Shown: positions 37,840 through 51,708, counted from the stretch's first letter. The stretch is 64,000 nucleotides of DNA from Octopus sinensis (GCF_006345805.1 NC_043003.1:81034001-81098000), one strand, 5' to 3'. Notes: generated from the sequence alone by a model not told the origin. Translations and numbers: made by a program.

Positions 37840-38657
37840 TCAGATGAAACCTCGGGATCTCGATTTTGCTCCAAGATCTCGATTTTGCAGTTGACGTAGC
37901 GTTCCAATCATTCACTTACGAACACATCCATGGCAACATACACAACCAGGCAGAGAACGCTGACAGAATTGGCCTAAAACGCATCCCAGAAAAATGCAAA
38001 CACAAAGAAATAATACCACACGATAAGCGCGCCGTGAGTATTGGCTAGGACCAAGTGGAAGACGTCCAAGAATTTGGTTACCTCAGGATGACTGTGAAGA
38101 ATGACATAGGTGGAACGGATGATGTACAGAATAGAATATTCAAATCACGGAGAGTATTCTACATTCTAACAAAGATATGGAGAAGCCAAGGTATAGGCTG
38201 CAGAAGAAGCCGAAGCTGTTCAAGACATTGGTCCATTGGTCCACCCAGTATAACTCCGTGGATGTGAAAACTGGAAAATGCCAAAAATGGAAGAAAAAGA
38301 AATGCTTAAGGTGAATACTCAAAATTAAGTGGCAGCGAAGAGTCCGAAATGACACAACTTAGACGACAGCGGGCAACTAGAGGATCAGTGACGAAATAAG
38401 ACACAGACACTGGGACTAGATTGGACATGTCATGCCTTCAAGCAAGATCGAGAAAGCACTTGTGTGGTTGCACTCGAGTGACAGCGTGTGGGAGAAAAGA
38501 GCAGTAGGGGTAGCTAAAATCACATGGCGAAAGGCTATTGACAAGGAGAGGGTAGGTCCAGGGAATCTGGAATGGGTGCAGAACAGAGAGAGAAAACAGA
38601 GCTGCTAGCGGAGATCATGTTGCGGGCTTATGTGCCTCATGGCACTGAGAAAATTAA
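37840..38657 (+). mobile_element. RTE-clade LINE, 3' segment
   Basis: LQDLDFA(V)DVA, IGLK, FGYL, DVQNRI.K.R..F..L.KIW motifs and an RTE-like 3' end (gcttatgtgcctcatggcactgag). Confidence 0.75.
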
Positions 38658-38819
38658 CTGTATATATATATATATGTGTGTGTGTGCGTGCGTGCGTGTG
38701 CGTGCATACATATGTATACATGCATATATACATATATATGTGACCTCTAATGATTTTAGGTTCTAAATGCTAATAAATTTAAGAGATGACGAATTATGTA
38801 CATTATTTACATTTGACTG

Positions 38820-39240
38820 CGTGTACTCCATCCCATGCAGTTGTGGTAGGTAATACAAATGCGAAACATGCCGTAGCCTCAAAATAAGGGTAGAGGAACA
38901 TCGCAAAGATATTGATAAATCGGGTATAGCTGATCATCTATGGAAAAATGGAAACCACCTCCCCCTGTGGGATGAAGTTCAAATAATAGACAGAGAATGT
39001 CACTGGAAAATACGAAAACTAAAAGATGTAGCACATATGTTAGGACACAACAACCTACTAAGCAGACCGAGTGCAGATATGAATAGCATAAGGGAACCGG
39101 TATTAAGAAAGCATAGGAAAATGCAAGATTTACAAGCCCTAAAATTCACTCCATAGTTGCTCACGGGCATACGGCGTAATAGTTGAACATATTTCAAACG
39201 CAAGTAACTAGGCCTGGAACAAGCATATTTATTGCGAACA
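38820..39240 (+). pseudogene. Penelope-like GIY-YIG relic (third lineage)
   Basis: VYSIPCSCGR*YKCETCRSLKIRVEEH...SGIADHLW..NH...WDEVQIIDRE.HWK.RKLK. Confidence 0.8.
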
Positions 39241-39484
39241 ATTTGCAGATATGAATAAAATGTGCTTTACCATTATGAGACACTCTGTACACGTAAATGT
39301 GTATCTACGTACACGCGTGACCATATGTGGATACATGTATGTATATTTGTCTGTCTATCTGTCTGTGTGTATGTATGTATGTATGTATGTATGTATGTAT
39401 GTATGTATGTATGTATGTATGTATGTATGTATGTATGTATATAAGCATGTATGTATGTTTGTGTGCATGTATGTATGCATGTGT

Positions 39485-39787
39485 GGAGGCGCAATGGCCC
39501 AGTGGTTAGGGCAGCGGATTCCCGGTCGGAGAATCGGGGTTTCGATTCCCAGACCGGGCGTTGTGCGTGTTTATTGAGCGAAAACACCTAAAAGCTCCAT
39601 GAGGCTCCGGAAGGGTGTGGTGGCGACCCCTGTTGTTCTCTTTCGTCCCAACTTTCCCTCATTCTCTCTTCCTGTTTCTTGAGTAACGCTGCGATGGACT
39701 GGAGTCCCGTTCAGCTGGGGGGAACCCATACGTTACAGAAACCGGGAAACCAAACCCATGAGTCAGGCTAGGATTGAAAGGGGCAAG
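39485..39787 (+). mobile_element. tRNA-derived SINE family C, full length
   Basis: A box TGGCCCAGTGG, B box GGTTTCGATTCCC. Confidence 0.85.
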
Positions 39788-41458
39788 AGAGATATATGCA
39801 TGTACGTGTGCATGTATGCAGTGAACAATTGCCAATTCGGCAGATAAACTAAAGCATATGGCCTTCAGAATTTCACAACCTGAAAACTTTCATAAATCGT
39901 ATAAAGCCCTTTATATACAAATCGTGTCCTGCTAATTTATACAGAAAAATCTCATTCGGTTTCTGTAATCAAACTAGTAACATAATTATCAAACATTCCA
40001 CTGGAGCTAACACAAATGGAACTTCTGGTTAAAACCCCCATTATTTTCATTTCAAAAATAAAGTACATACAGAAGAACGAGAGATAGATAGAAATGAACT
40101 AATTCGTAGAAAGAAAGGGAAAATGCCTATCTTTAATAACTCGATATTAAATTTTTGTGTTGTTTGGTTCATAGCATTGATGATCTCACATTAATATCTA
40201 ATTCCAATAAGCAATGTACAAATTTTTATTAAGATTATGTAAAGAAAGTAATAAAAGAGTAGAGAAAGAAATAATTAGATAATTTGTGAGTGAAGGTGTA
40301 GAGTGGGTACAGATGAAGGGGAACGGTTGTAACATTGTCAGGCACACTCATAAATCAAGTCATTTCTGCTTTATTGTTTTAGTATGTGTGTGAACATTAG
40401 CGTGTGTGGGTGGGTGTATGTGGAGCCTTTTATATCTGTTTATACATATGTATGTGAGTATGTGTATGTGTATGTGTGAGTGTGCGTGTCTGTGTGTGCG
40501 TGTGTGTACGTATTTATGTAAATAATTACCAGACTTGTCTTACATGAAATAGGTTGGGATACTGCGTCAAAATTTAAACGTTATATACACGTACATGCGC
40601 ATACACACACGGACACACGTATACAAACACCTAGAAGCATCCCCACGTATACATGTGCACGTCGCTATGTACATCTATTCACATGAATATAAATCTGAAT
40701 TTCATCTAATGTTGTGTTAAGAGGAGTCGCTTATCTGCGGCTCCATATTTTAAACTAATGAGTGGAAGTCATAAAAAGCGATTGCATGTGCTTTTTTTTT
40801 TATTTTCAAAAATATTTTTTTGTTATGACACTTGTGTGTCTCATATAACAATTTCGAATAATCTTATTCACAATATTCACCTGAACTGCTGCAATACAGG
40901 AAAGGAGAAAATATAATTTCACTGTACGGCAATACAGTATAACGAAAATTGAACTGATGAACAATTAATATGAAACCCAATATCTTATATGATTGGTCAT
41001 CTCACCTCTTTTTGTCGTTGTTGATTTTGTCAGTGCAGATAAGGCATGTGCCCTAGAACATTGTGTACACATTTGTTACCTGTGCTTGAAAAGAATGATG
41101 AAGGAAAGGTTTATAGGTACGTGAAACATAAAGCAGTGTCTACGATATAGACTTCTTTGCTCTACAGCAAATGACTTGTGCACTCGACTCTAACTCGAGC
41201 CCACAGGATGAATTTCGTTTGAGTTTTTGCGGCTACAGTCTTGGACCGGCTGTACGGTTTACTCGCCTATGTGGCGGGCGTTTTTACGAGACAACACTCG
41301 TGTACGTGGCAATCAGCTAAAAATGAGTACATCTATCATTTGACAAATCTTGTTTTTAATTCTGTAGAACGTCCACTACACTCACCTCACCTGTCAAGCA
41401 AGGTGAGGATCCAGTTTAGTCGCTGATAACCCGCTCATAAAACTTGGGAACATATGTA

Positions 41459-41843
41459 AAAATATGGAATACGAAATACATATACATGGAATATAAAATT
41501 TTTTTGCAAACACCGAAACAAACAGATGGAAAAAAAGACAACATAACGAACGACCCTTTAACATTTATCGGCTGTTTTTCTAATCCGTATTTCGAGCAAT
41601 TTCACGACAAGATACGCCTCCGAAAAAGCAGTTGCTCCTGCAAAACAAATTAAATAAAATTTGGGATTTTACGGGTCAAAATTGGTAACAAAAGCAGGAC
41701 AGTGGAAACAAACAGGAAGGGATGCTAAGCCTAAACAAGGTGAGGTGGCGAACGCGGAGAAACTTGCATGCGTATATACGTATATATGTATGTACATATA
41801 CGCATGTATATATGCATATATAGTATTTATATCATATATATAT
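41459..41843 (+). repeat. Left arm of ~380-bp inverted repeat
   Basis: Reverse complement of 42790-43164; two near-identical ORF-track entries (41661 + and 42625 -) confirm this. Confidence 0.9.
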
Positions 41844-42789
41844 GGAACATATGTAACCAATTGAAGCAAATGGAGCCTACTAAAGATACCCAAAATCTAA
41901 GAGGGTACAATCCATCCGATGGACTTCATTATTACTGCGATCTATTTTTTCCCCCATTTTTACTAATAACAACACAGTCGACTTGGGACTATATAGTTAA
42001 ATGCATTCAATCCACAGCGCGATCGAATAACAGAATCACGAGACTGAGATGAGGTCTTCTTAAGCGAGCATCATTCGCTGCAATCACAGATATTGATGTA
42101 TATGCCCATATTTATGCAACATATTAGCATACGCACGTACACACATACACGTACATACGTGTATGTGTATGCATAAAGTGACTGCATAAATGGATATACA
42201 GTCACACACAGATTGCTAGCTAGCTTAGAATGAGAGTTAGATGATTACTATTTCAATAAATCGAATGAAATTGTGGTGATGTTTTGAAATAACAAAGAAA
42301 AAAATAGCATGAAACTTCGGTATCCCCAAGCTATTATCTGTTTTATTAAATAAACAAGAACAACGATGGCAATAAGAACAACAGCAACAACAACACTCAC
42401 ACACAACGAATCATTAAAACATACACCCACCATCTAGTAGGCGCATGGATGCGAAGCCTATAATAATTAAACTAGCGCATATATATCTCACATGGACGCA
42501 GAAATGAACATTTATATGTAAACTCATGCTCATATATGTAGGACTATCAGTAGCAATATTTACGTAGTAGACTACTAAGAAGAAACTAGTCAGGGTAGAA
42601 TTGCTAAAAAGGCTACCTATGAGGCTAGGAGAGGCCTAAAACTTTGCCAAATCGATCAAGAAAAGAAAGGGAACTACAGTCAGTTTCTGTTTTTCTCTTG
42701 GTAGAGCAAACCTCCCAGATTTCCGCAATATATAGATACTTACCCACGTACAAATACATACACACATACAAGCATATATATACACATAC

Positions 42790-43164
42790 ATATATATATA
42801 ATATAAATACTATATATCCATATATACATGCGTATATGTACATACATATATATGTATATACACATGCATGTTTCTCCGCGTTCGCCACCTCACCTTGTTT
42901 AGGCTTAGCATCCCTTCCTGTTTGTTTCCACTGTCCTGCTTTTGTTACTAATTTTGACCCGTAAAATCCCAAATTTTATTTAATTTGTTTTGCAGGAGCA
43001 ACTGTTTTATCGGAGGCGTGAAATTGCTCGAAATACGGATTAGAAAGACAGCCGATAAATATTAAAGGGTCGTTCGTTATGTTGTCTTTTTTTCCATCTG
43101 TTTGTTTCGGTGTTTGCAAAAAAATTTTATATTCCATGTTTTTGTATTTCGTGTTCCATATTTT
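42790..43164 (-). repeat. Right arm of ~380-bp inverted repeat
   Basis: See left arm; differs by scattered substitutions and a ~9-bp indel. Confidence 0.9.
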
Positions 43165-43323
43165 TGTATTTTATGTTGTTTACATTCTGTGACATCCTGT
43201 GCCCACATATGTATATGTATATACATATGTATGTAAGTATGTACATATACGTATGTATATATGCATATATATTATTTATATTATTATATGATTGAACGCC
43301 ACGAAACCTTTTCCAATTAAGTT

Positions 43324-43379
<56 letters not shown>

Positions 43380-43399
43380 CTATCTATTTATCTATCTAC

Positions 43400-43439
<40 letters not shown>

Positions 43440-45121
43440 ATATATATATATGCACACACACACACATATTTGCATACATATATACATACATACGTACGTG
43501 CATACATGTATATAGGTAGGAAAACAATATATGTATATTGGTATTATTCAAAGATGTATTACTGAAATATGTACAGCAGGATATATGAATATGGGTCGTA
43601 TGCTTCGTTTTCAATAACTTATCAGCTAGGTGAACCTGCAAACATTGTCTTTTCACTGTAAATAATATTGTCAGTAAATGCTGTACATTAGTAGGCCTAT
43701 CTGGTAGTTTAACCTTCTAGATATGGCAATGAAATCTTAATCAAATCATACGTTTATGTGTTAAAGAGAGGACACGTTAAGTGATGTAAGCTTAGATACC
43801 CAATATCTAAAGAAATGAGAGGAATAGCCATAGTAAGGACACATTTAATCATACTTCTGAACGAGTAGGACTCACGTGAAGCAGCAACAACTGCAGCAGC
43901 AGCAGCAAGGAGAACAACAGCAACAACAATGATGACAGCGATGACAACAGCTGACAGAATGGAAGAGAGTACCAATTTTCTTTGACTTCGGTTTTAATAG
44001 TCCTTCCAATGTCTTTTTTTCTCTCTCACATTTTAGTAGTTGCCATTTGCTGAATAGCTCAGTCATTGCCAACATGATGAGGATGATGCTGATGATGATG
44101 ATGATGATCATCATCATCATCATCACCATCACCTACACTAAAACCACCACTCTCATCTTCATCATCGTCATCATCATTTTCATCCTCCTCCTTATCTTCA
44201 TCATCGTCATTTCCAACATGGCCACCACCACAATAATCAACATCTTCAAAGGTGATGTTGTGACTTTCATTATTTTCCGAACCGCTTTCATATGTTAAAG
44301 AAAAGTGTGTTCCCTTCAACGAGGAACCGAACGTGGTTCTCTGACAAGACAATGTTTCTAGTAAAATGTGTTGATTGTACAATAATAAAATACTGCTTTA
44401 TTTAACACGTAGATAACCCCTTATCAAAATATTTGCGAATTAAAGAATTTTCCCATGGGTGGTAACAAATATTTAGTTTTGTGATAGTTGTCTATGAAGG
44501 GAAAACGTTTTGTAATTAGGATATTGGGCTCACGATCGCTACGGCATCGGTTCTATTCTGGGGTCAAGTTTCACATTTTCTCTTTCTGCAAGGCACTTCA
44601 TTTCACATTATTCTAGAACATTCAGTACATGTGTCATTGAGGCACATTCGTCGATTAACTGGAATCTCGCTTAGTGGTGGTCAGCGCGTTATTATTTAAC
44701 ACTAAGTCAGATCTGCTCCATTAGTCAGTCTGTTCAAATGCTTTCCAGCCATGAATATCGCATCATTTTGTATATTAGTAACTGCGTCCGTGTATATTTA
44801 AAGCAGTATAATATGATCTATGAGAAATAAAGCTCCTGTTTGTGAAGAGCCGATTGCTCGCCTGTTGGCTGCTTAGAATTAGATTTTAACAAGGAATCAA
44901 AGCCGCTCTCGGTCAAAAATTGCAGGATCCAGTTCTTCTCATGTAGCACATAGAATTTTATTTACTTGGCATCACATCTTGGGGAGGTTGTCAAAAAGCA
45001 TCGCTGGTTACAGGTTTCCAGCAAATAATTTATTGTTTCATTGCGTTTCCAATAACGAGGATAAGAAAAGAGAGCGTTAGTAGCTGAATAAAGAACACAC
45101 AAAAATACATAAGGGTGCGCG

Positions 45122-45153
<32 letters not shown>

Positions 45154-45244
45154 TACACACACACACACACTCACATACACACACACACACACACAAATCA
45201 TGGAAATGCGTGTGCCTGCATTTTTTCTTTACTTTTTTTCAGTC

Positions 45245-45590
45245 ATTTAACAGCGGCCATGTGTGGACAGCGCCTTGAAGGGGTTATAATCACACAAATC
45301 TGTTCCAGGACCCATATTTAATGCCTAGTACTTACTCTATCAGTTTCTTTCACCGAACTCCCACATTACGGAGACGTAAACACACCAACACTGGTTGTCA
45401 AACAGTGATCGGGCACAAACACAAAGATACACACACACATAATATAACGGATTTCTTTCACTTTCCGCGTAAGAAATTAATTCCCAAGGCTTTGGTCGAC
45501 CTGAAGCCATAGTAGTAGATATTTGTCCAAGATTCCACACCGTGTGATTGAATCCGCAATCATGTAGTCGGGAAGTAAGCTTCATGCCAT
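45245..45590 (-). mobile_element. Degenerate SINE family B
   Basis: Similarity to the 31075 copy. Confidence 0.6.
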
Positions 45591-46235
45591 ACAGCCACGT
45601 TTACATGCCGGGCTTCCGTACAGTTTCCATCTTCCAAATTCTGCTCACAAACCATGAACAGGAGACTCTTGCTGGTCGAAGACACTTGCCCTTTATGCCG
45701 TTCCGTGGAATTCCATCGGGAACCTGGTTGTTACGAAGCGAACTTCTTAACCTCATACCAATGCCATCCAACGCAGTAGACTATTGATTTCTCACATTAA
45801 AAATAGCTGTCTGAATAGACACCCGTTAATGGCCAGCACGTATTGATACAAACATAGACAGAGGGCGAGTAATCCCAACAGTAACAACTGCTCAAGGCGA
45901 CATATAATAGCGTCTCTTTTAGCTTTCATCTTCCAGTTGCTTAAGTCATTAGACTGCGGTCATGCTGGGGCACTGCTTTGAAGAGTTTTTAGTCGAATGA
46001 ATCGACCTCAGTAATTAACTATTTTAAAGCATTTTACTTATTCTACCGGTATCTTTGCTGAACCGCTAAGTTACGGTAACATACACCCACCAGCACCGTT
46101 TTTCAAGCGGCGCGGAGGAGAGGACAAACACAGACATAAAGAGTGAAAAAGAGAGAGAAAGAGAGATAGAGAGAGACAGAGACAGACAGACAGAGAGTGA
46201 GAGAGAGACACACACGCATATTAATATTATTATTA

Positions 46236-46279
<44 letters not shown>

Positions 46280-46335
46280 TTTTATTATTATTATTATCAT
46301 TATTATTATTGTTATCATCATTATCATTATTATTA

Positions 46336-46368
<33 letters not shown>

Positions 46369-46370
46369 GT

Positions 46371-46399
<29 letters not shown>

Positions 46400-46401
<2 letters not shown>

Positions 46402-46560
46402 GTTGGGCTTCTTTCAATTTCCGTCTACCAAATCCATTCACAAGGCTTTGGTCGGCCCGAAGCTATAGTAGAAAACACGTGCCTAAGGTGTCACGTAGTC
46501 GGGCTAAACCCCACGAACTATGTGGTAGGGAAGCAAGTTTCTTAGCACAGAACCCCGCCT
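46400..46560 (-). mobile_element. SINE family B 5' half
   Basis: gggcttctttcaatttccgtctaccaaatcca...ggtcggcccgaagctatag. Confidence 0.7.
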
Positions 46561-47374
46561 GCGTGTATAATAAATATTCTGAGAGTTCTATCAGTAATTC
46601 ACCCACGTACGGGCCCTCTATGTGAACGCACGCTATTCTAGAACTAACAGTGAAATCGCTTTTAAACTGTATCGTATTGGCTTTAAAGGTAATATAAAGG
46701 GCACATCTTTATGTCGTCCGCGATGCTAGCTTTATAGGGAAGAAAATAATTGTATCGCCATGGGCCGAATGCTTGCAGTCGTAACACTGCTCGACCTAGG
46801 ACCGAACGACAACAGTTACAATAATAGCTAGGACAACAGTACAGCTGCAACTAACACACCGATAACTACAGTTTGGTTTGTGCGTGAAAGTTTGACGTAA
46901 CTCAATCAAGACGGCGATCATGTACACTGTTGATGAAAACATTGATATCACATTGATGCAGTTTGATGCTGTTACATAATTGTGTTTTTATTGTTTAATA
47001 TCATGATAAAACGAGAAGCCTACAAAATACACTTATTTGCACATACACAAACGTACACATAAACAAAGATACTCACATAGACACACGCGCGCACACACAT
47101 TGTTCCCGAGTTTATGCATCCCTGTGTTGCATGAATGCTTATGAAAATAAATGTATTTATATATGTATATGTGTACATGTATTTATGTGTGCGTGTATGA
47201 GTATATTTGTACATGTATGTAACATATATATATATATCATACATACATAGATAAGGAGAGAGATATGTACGAGTGTGTGTGTGTGCGTGTTTGCGCGCGC
47301 CTCTGTCCATGTTTGCTTATGAAGTTGAATGGTCTCTATCCGTGAATGTAAGCATACGTATGTTTGAGCGCATG

Positions 47375-47423
<49 letters not shown>

Positions 47424-47492
47424 CTTCGCCTGCGTTCGGTGTATATGAAAGAGAAAGAGAGATAACGCCGTATGTAACTATAAAATAACTGT

Positions 47493-47749
47493 TTAGTCAA
47501 CAGGATAGTAATGCTTGTTTATCGAGCGTGACAACTTCGTAACAGTAATGACAGGTAAACTACTATCCACCTTGAATAGGTTCAAATTAACTATCCTCTT
47601 TGATAGTTTCACACCAAGTACTACACCTGTCCCCGTGTCATTGTTTTCCAAGAAAATCATATAGTAATTTGATTCTCCTCTTGCTACTCTCAAACGGACA
47701 TACTGACAACATTCGTTACCGCCGCTTCCTGGTCGCTTTATGCACTTAC
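47493..47749 (-). CDS. Candidate terminal exon / orphan 85-aa frame
   Basis: tttaattccgtag acceptor followed by the open frame [22 protein letters not shown]...HYYPVD* in non-repetitive DNA; no domain recognised. Confidence 0.25.
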
Positions 47750-47769
47750 CTACGGAATTAAACATCCGT

Positions 47770-47798
47770 TATATCTATCTATCTATCTATCTATCTTC

Positions 47799-47863
<65 letters not shown>

Positions 47864-47979
47864 CGTCTGTCTGTCTGTCTGTATGTTTGTCTGTCTGTCT
47901 GTCTATCTACATATCTATCTATCTATCTACCTATCTATCTATCTATATATCTATCTATCTATTTATCTGTCTATTTATA

Positions 47980-48026
<47 letters not shown>

Positions 48027-48089
48027 TTATCTATCTATCTATCTACCTACCTAGCTATCTATCTATTTGTCTGTCTGTCTGTCTATCTG

Positions 48090-48126
<37 letters not shown>

Positions 48127-48190
48127 TTATCTATCTATCTATCTGTCAGTCTGTCCGTCTCTTTCTCTCTCTCTTTCTCTCTCTCTCTAT
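47770..48190. repeat. Compound (TATC)n/(TGTC)n/(TC)n microsatellite
   Basis: Direct inspection. Confidence 0.95.
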
Positions 48191-48237
48191 ATATATACAC
48201 ACTATATTTATATTATACACACACAAACACACACACA

Positions 48238-48285
<48 letters not shown>

Positions 48286-48327
48286 TATATATATACATAT
48301 ACAAACACACACATACATACATACGTG

Positions 48328-48385
<58 letters not shown>

Positions 48386-49041
48386 ATGTATGTATATATA
48401 TATGTATATATATATAATAGTATATCTTGAGCCACTGCTTGCATCATTTTTGTCTCTTTCTTTCTTGTTCTTTTTTCTCATCTCTTTATCTTTTTCACTT
48501 TCTGTAAGTACTTTCCTATTTTCTCATTTTTATGCTGTTTTTTTTTTTTATATTTCTGCCAAACCATTCCATAACACTGACTTCTTGTAGAAGCAGCATC
48601 CTTCATCAACGAAAATCTAGCTATTGAGTACACCCCCCTCTAAGCAAACCAAGAACAAAACGTGTGAGCTGGACGGTCTTTTCTCTTCATTCTTCCTTTC
48701 TTCCTTTCTTTCTTCTTAACTCACTACTCCTTCCTGCTTTCTGTTAAAAGAACTCAAGTATATTGTTTTTTTTTCTTCTTTTCCACTCCACTCAAAAAAA
48801 AAATAAATAAATGGACAAAGCAGAAAAAAAGTAAGAAAAGAAAACATTATTACTTTTACTGTGAATCTACAGAAGAGAGATAAAGTGGAAAGGTAAGAAG
48901 ACGGTATTAAAAAGAAGAAAAACGAGAAAGAAAAATACAGGGGATATGATTATATAATTCGGACGAAAATATACAGAAATAATAATAAAAATAATAATAA
49001 AAATAAAAATAATAATAATAATAATAATGATGATAATAATG

Positions 49042-49081
<40 letters not shown>

Positions 49082-49124
49082 TTTTATTTTAAATCCATAT
49101 GATAAAGGTAAAGTGTGTTGACGA

Positions 49125-49155
<31 letters not shown>

Positions 49156-50775
49156 AGAAGAGAGAAAGAGTTGTGAGGGAGAGCGGATAAACAGGTGTGA
49201 GGGAGAGAGGATAGAGAAAGAGATAGATAGATGAAGAGAGGGAGGGAGAGGGAGAAAGAGAGAACGAGCGAGAGAGAGCGAAGAAGAGAATGAGAGAAAG
49301 CAGTTTGGTGGAAGAATACGGCAACTTCACAGGCACACACCTTCTGAACAAATATTATACGGCAGGAATATATAAGGCAAAAGAGCAGAGTGAAATAGAG
49401 TGTTTGAGAAGAATAAGGGAAAAGATAAATACAACACACAGACACACAGAGACGGACATATGAATGGATATATATATGCGTGTGTGTACATATATGAAAA
49501 TATATATATGTATATGTGAAGAGAAAAGATAGAGAGATGGACGAGTGAATGAGAGAGGAAGGGAAGTTCGAGAAAAAGAGGAGGGTGAGAAGGAGAGAAA
49601 GGAGGAGAAAGAGAGAGGAGAGAGAGAGAGTGAGAGAAAGAGAGTGAGAGAAGGAGCGATCCAGAGATAATTACAAAGGAACAAGTTAACAAAACAGAAG
49701 CATACGTAGAGAAAGTAAATATTGGTAGTTGAGAGAATATTTAATATATAAAAGAAAAAAAAGAAAGAAAGAAAAGAGGAATAATAAAACAATAACAACA
49801 ACAACAACAACAACAAATATTTCCAGTTTTATGGAGGAATTTGTAATCGAAACATTTGATTTTTTTATGTTCATACATAGTGGTCTTATATTATAATACA
49901 TTGTTTGTTTTACACATTAATATTTACATATACACACACACACATACATACATATATTAATACATGCACCCACCCACAGATACACACCCATACACACCCA
50001 TACACACCCATACACACCCATGCATACACACATACTCATGCTATCTACGTATGTGTGTATATGTATATAAAGTAAAGTGATGCTACAAGAGTTTCAATTA
50101 ACGTACATCGAATAGACCTCATTATTTATTTATCTGCACAAGTGAACTACTGTTTAAAAGTAGAAAGGAGAAAAAGGAGGTGCAGCAACAGTATAAATTC
50201 TGCAGTCTTTCTAAAGGGAGAAAAAAAAAATAAGGGTGTAAAAAAGCAAAAAAAAAAAAAAGCAGAACAAAATAAGCACGAGAAATCTATTGAAAAGTTT
50301 CTCCATAGAGGCAAATTGAAGTTTATACATATTTACATAAAATTCGTATGAATTAGAAATTATTACAACACAAAATATATTAAAAAAATTAATCATATAC
50401 AAAGAGAAAGGGATAAGCAAAAACAAAAAAAAAACGAAAGAAAGAGAAAAAGGCAAAAGAAATTAAGAAAGAAAAAGAGGTGGAATTTATGGTTAATATA
50501 AAAATATAATAAGCTAACACGGAAATTTATCCTTACTGAAGTCTGCTTCTTCAAATTTCAATTCATATGTATATATATATATATATATAATTATATATGT
50601 ATATGTATGTGTATGGAATCTTGCAAATATTAATTGTGTAATTATATTATTTACCGGCTACCAACAAATTCAAGTAAAACGAACAAGCAGCGCGCCTCCT
50701 CGGAAAGTGGAATTGTTCAATTTCTTTTAGCTCTATCTTCGCCGTCGTCGCGCTGTTTGTTTGTTACTTTCATTC

Positions 50776-50810
50776 TATATAAATATATATTGTTTTTGTC
50801 ACTTTCATTG
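50776..50810 (+). promoter_or_regulatory. Candidate core promoter (TATA + Inr)
   Basis: TATATAAA at 50776-50783; TCATTG at 50805-50810 with its A 31 nt after the TATA start. Confidence 0.45.
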
Positions 50811-50838
50811 ACTGGCTTGAGTAGCTGGAAGCTAAACA

Positions 50839-50911
50839 ATGAAATTTGGATATACAAGCATGATGAGCGGAGTAACTGTTGTGGTGTTTCTATTATTAAT
50901 CTTTCCTTCAG
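50839..50911 (+). CDS. First coding exon encoding a signal peptide (MKFGYTSMMSGVTVVVFLLLIFPS)
   Basis: AAACAATG start context, hydrophobic core, consensus donor CAG|GTAAGT (phase 1). Confidence 0.55.
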
Positions 50912-51003
50912 GTAAGTTTAATTCATTCTACTAAATTAGCCTACACTATTTTAGTTTTTTTCCTTCTTACTTCACACTACATAACATCCTTTTCTTCTCT
51001 CAG

Positions 51004-51065
51004 CTCAGTCTGACTTCTTCTGTATCGTAATTTTTATATCTTGCTGGACATATCAACATAATTAA
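51004..51065 (+). CDS. Second exon: AQSDFFCI..., either a micro-exon or ending at TAA 51063-51065
   Basis: 92-nt intron with a strong pyrimidine tract and CAG; the frame completes an A-x-S signal cleavage site. Possible internal donor ATC|GTAATT at 51027. Confidence 0.45.
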
Positions 51066-51403
51066 ATATAACAAAAAAAAAACAGAGAGAAAAAGAATGA
51101 AGTAAAACAGAAAATAAAAAGAAAAAAACGGAATATATACAAAAGAAACGATAAAAAAAAAAGTAATTGTAAGCGAACACGTTATGAACATGTGGTTGTT
51201 ATATTTCACAATGCACTTTCACTTTTATTCGATTCGACAATATTCCGAGTGAAGAGATCGCAGAAATTTTTTTTTAATATAAATATATATATATCAACGC
51301 ATTCGCGACAAATGTGGACCGACACATAGACACAAACGTCACATATACATAACACACACACACAGACACACAAACACGCATGCACACTCATACACACATT
51401 GAT

Positions 51404-51440
<37 letters not shown>

Positions 51441-51658
51441 CAAAAACACACGCACAGCGTGTGTGTACATCAAAATAAATATTGTACATCAGTAGTCCTT
51501 ACATTGACTACACACGTGCATATAAAATTATGTCGCGCATGTATGTTAATCTACCTCATGGTTGTACTCAAGTATGAAGGTATGTGTGTGGGTATACATT
51601 CCTGAATCTTTATATAGACAGATTTTTCGATATATACATATATATATTGTATATATTA

Positions 51659-51708
<50 letters not shown>

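Noticed and set aside
39485-39560. tRNA genes
   Set aside because: The A/B boxes are SINE heads followed by non-tRNA bodies; no cloverleaf.
40954-40990. CTGATGA-11nt-GAAA
   Set aside because: Helices are absent or only 1-2 bp; expected by chance in AT-rich DNA.
44059-44382. Asp/His-rich 107-aa ORF
   Set aside because: Explained by decayed (GAT/CAT)n repeats.
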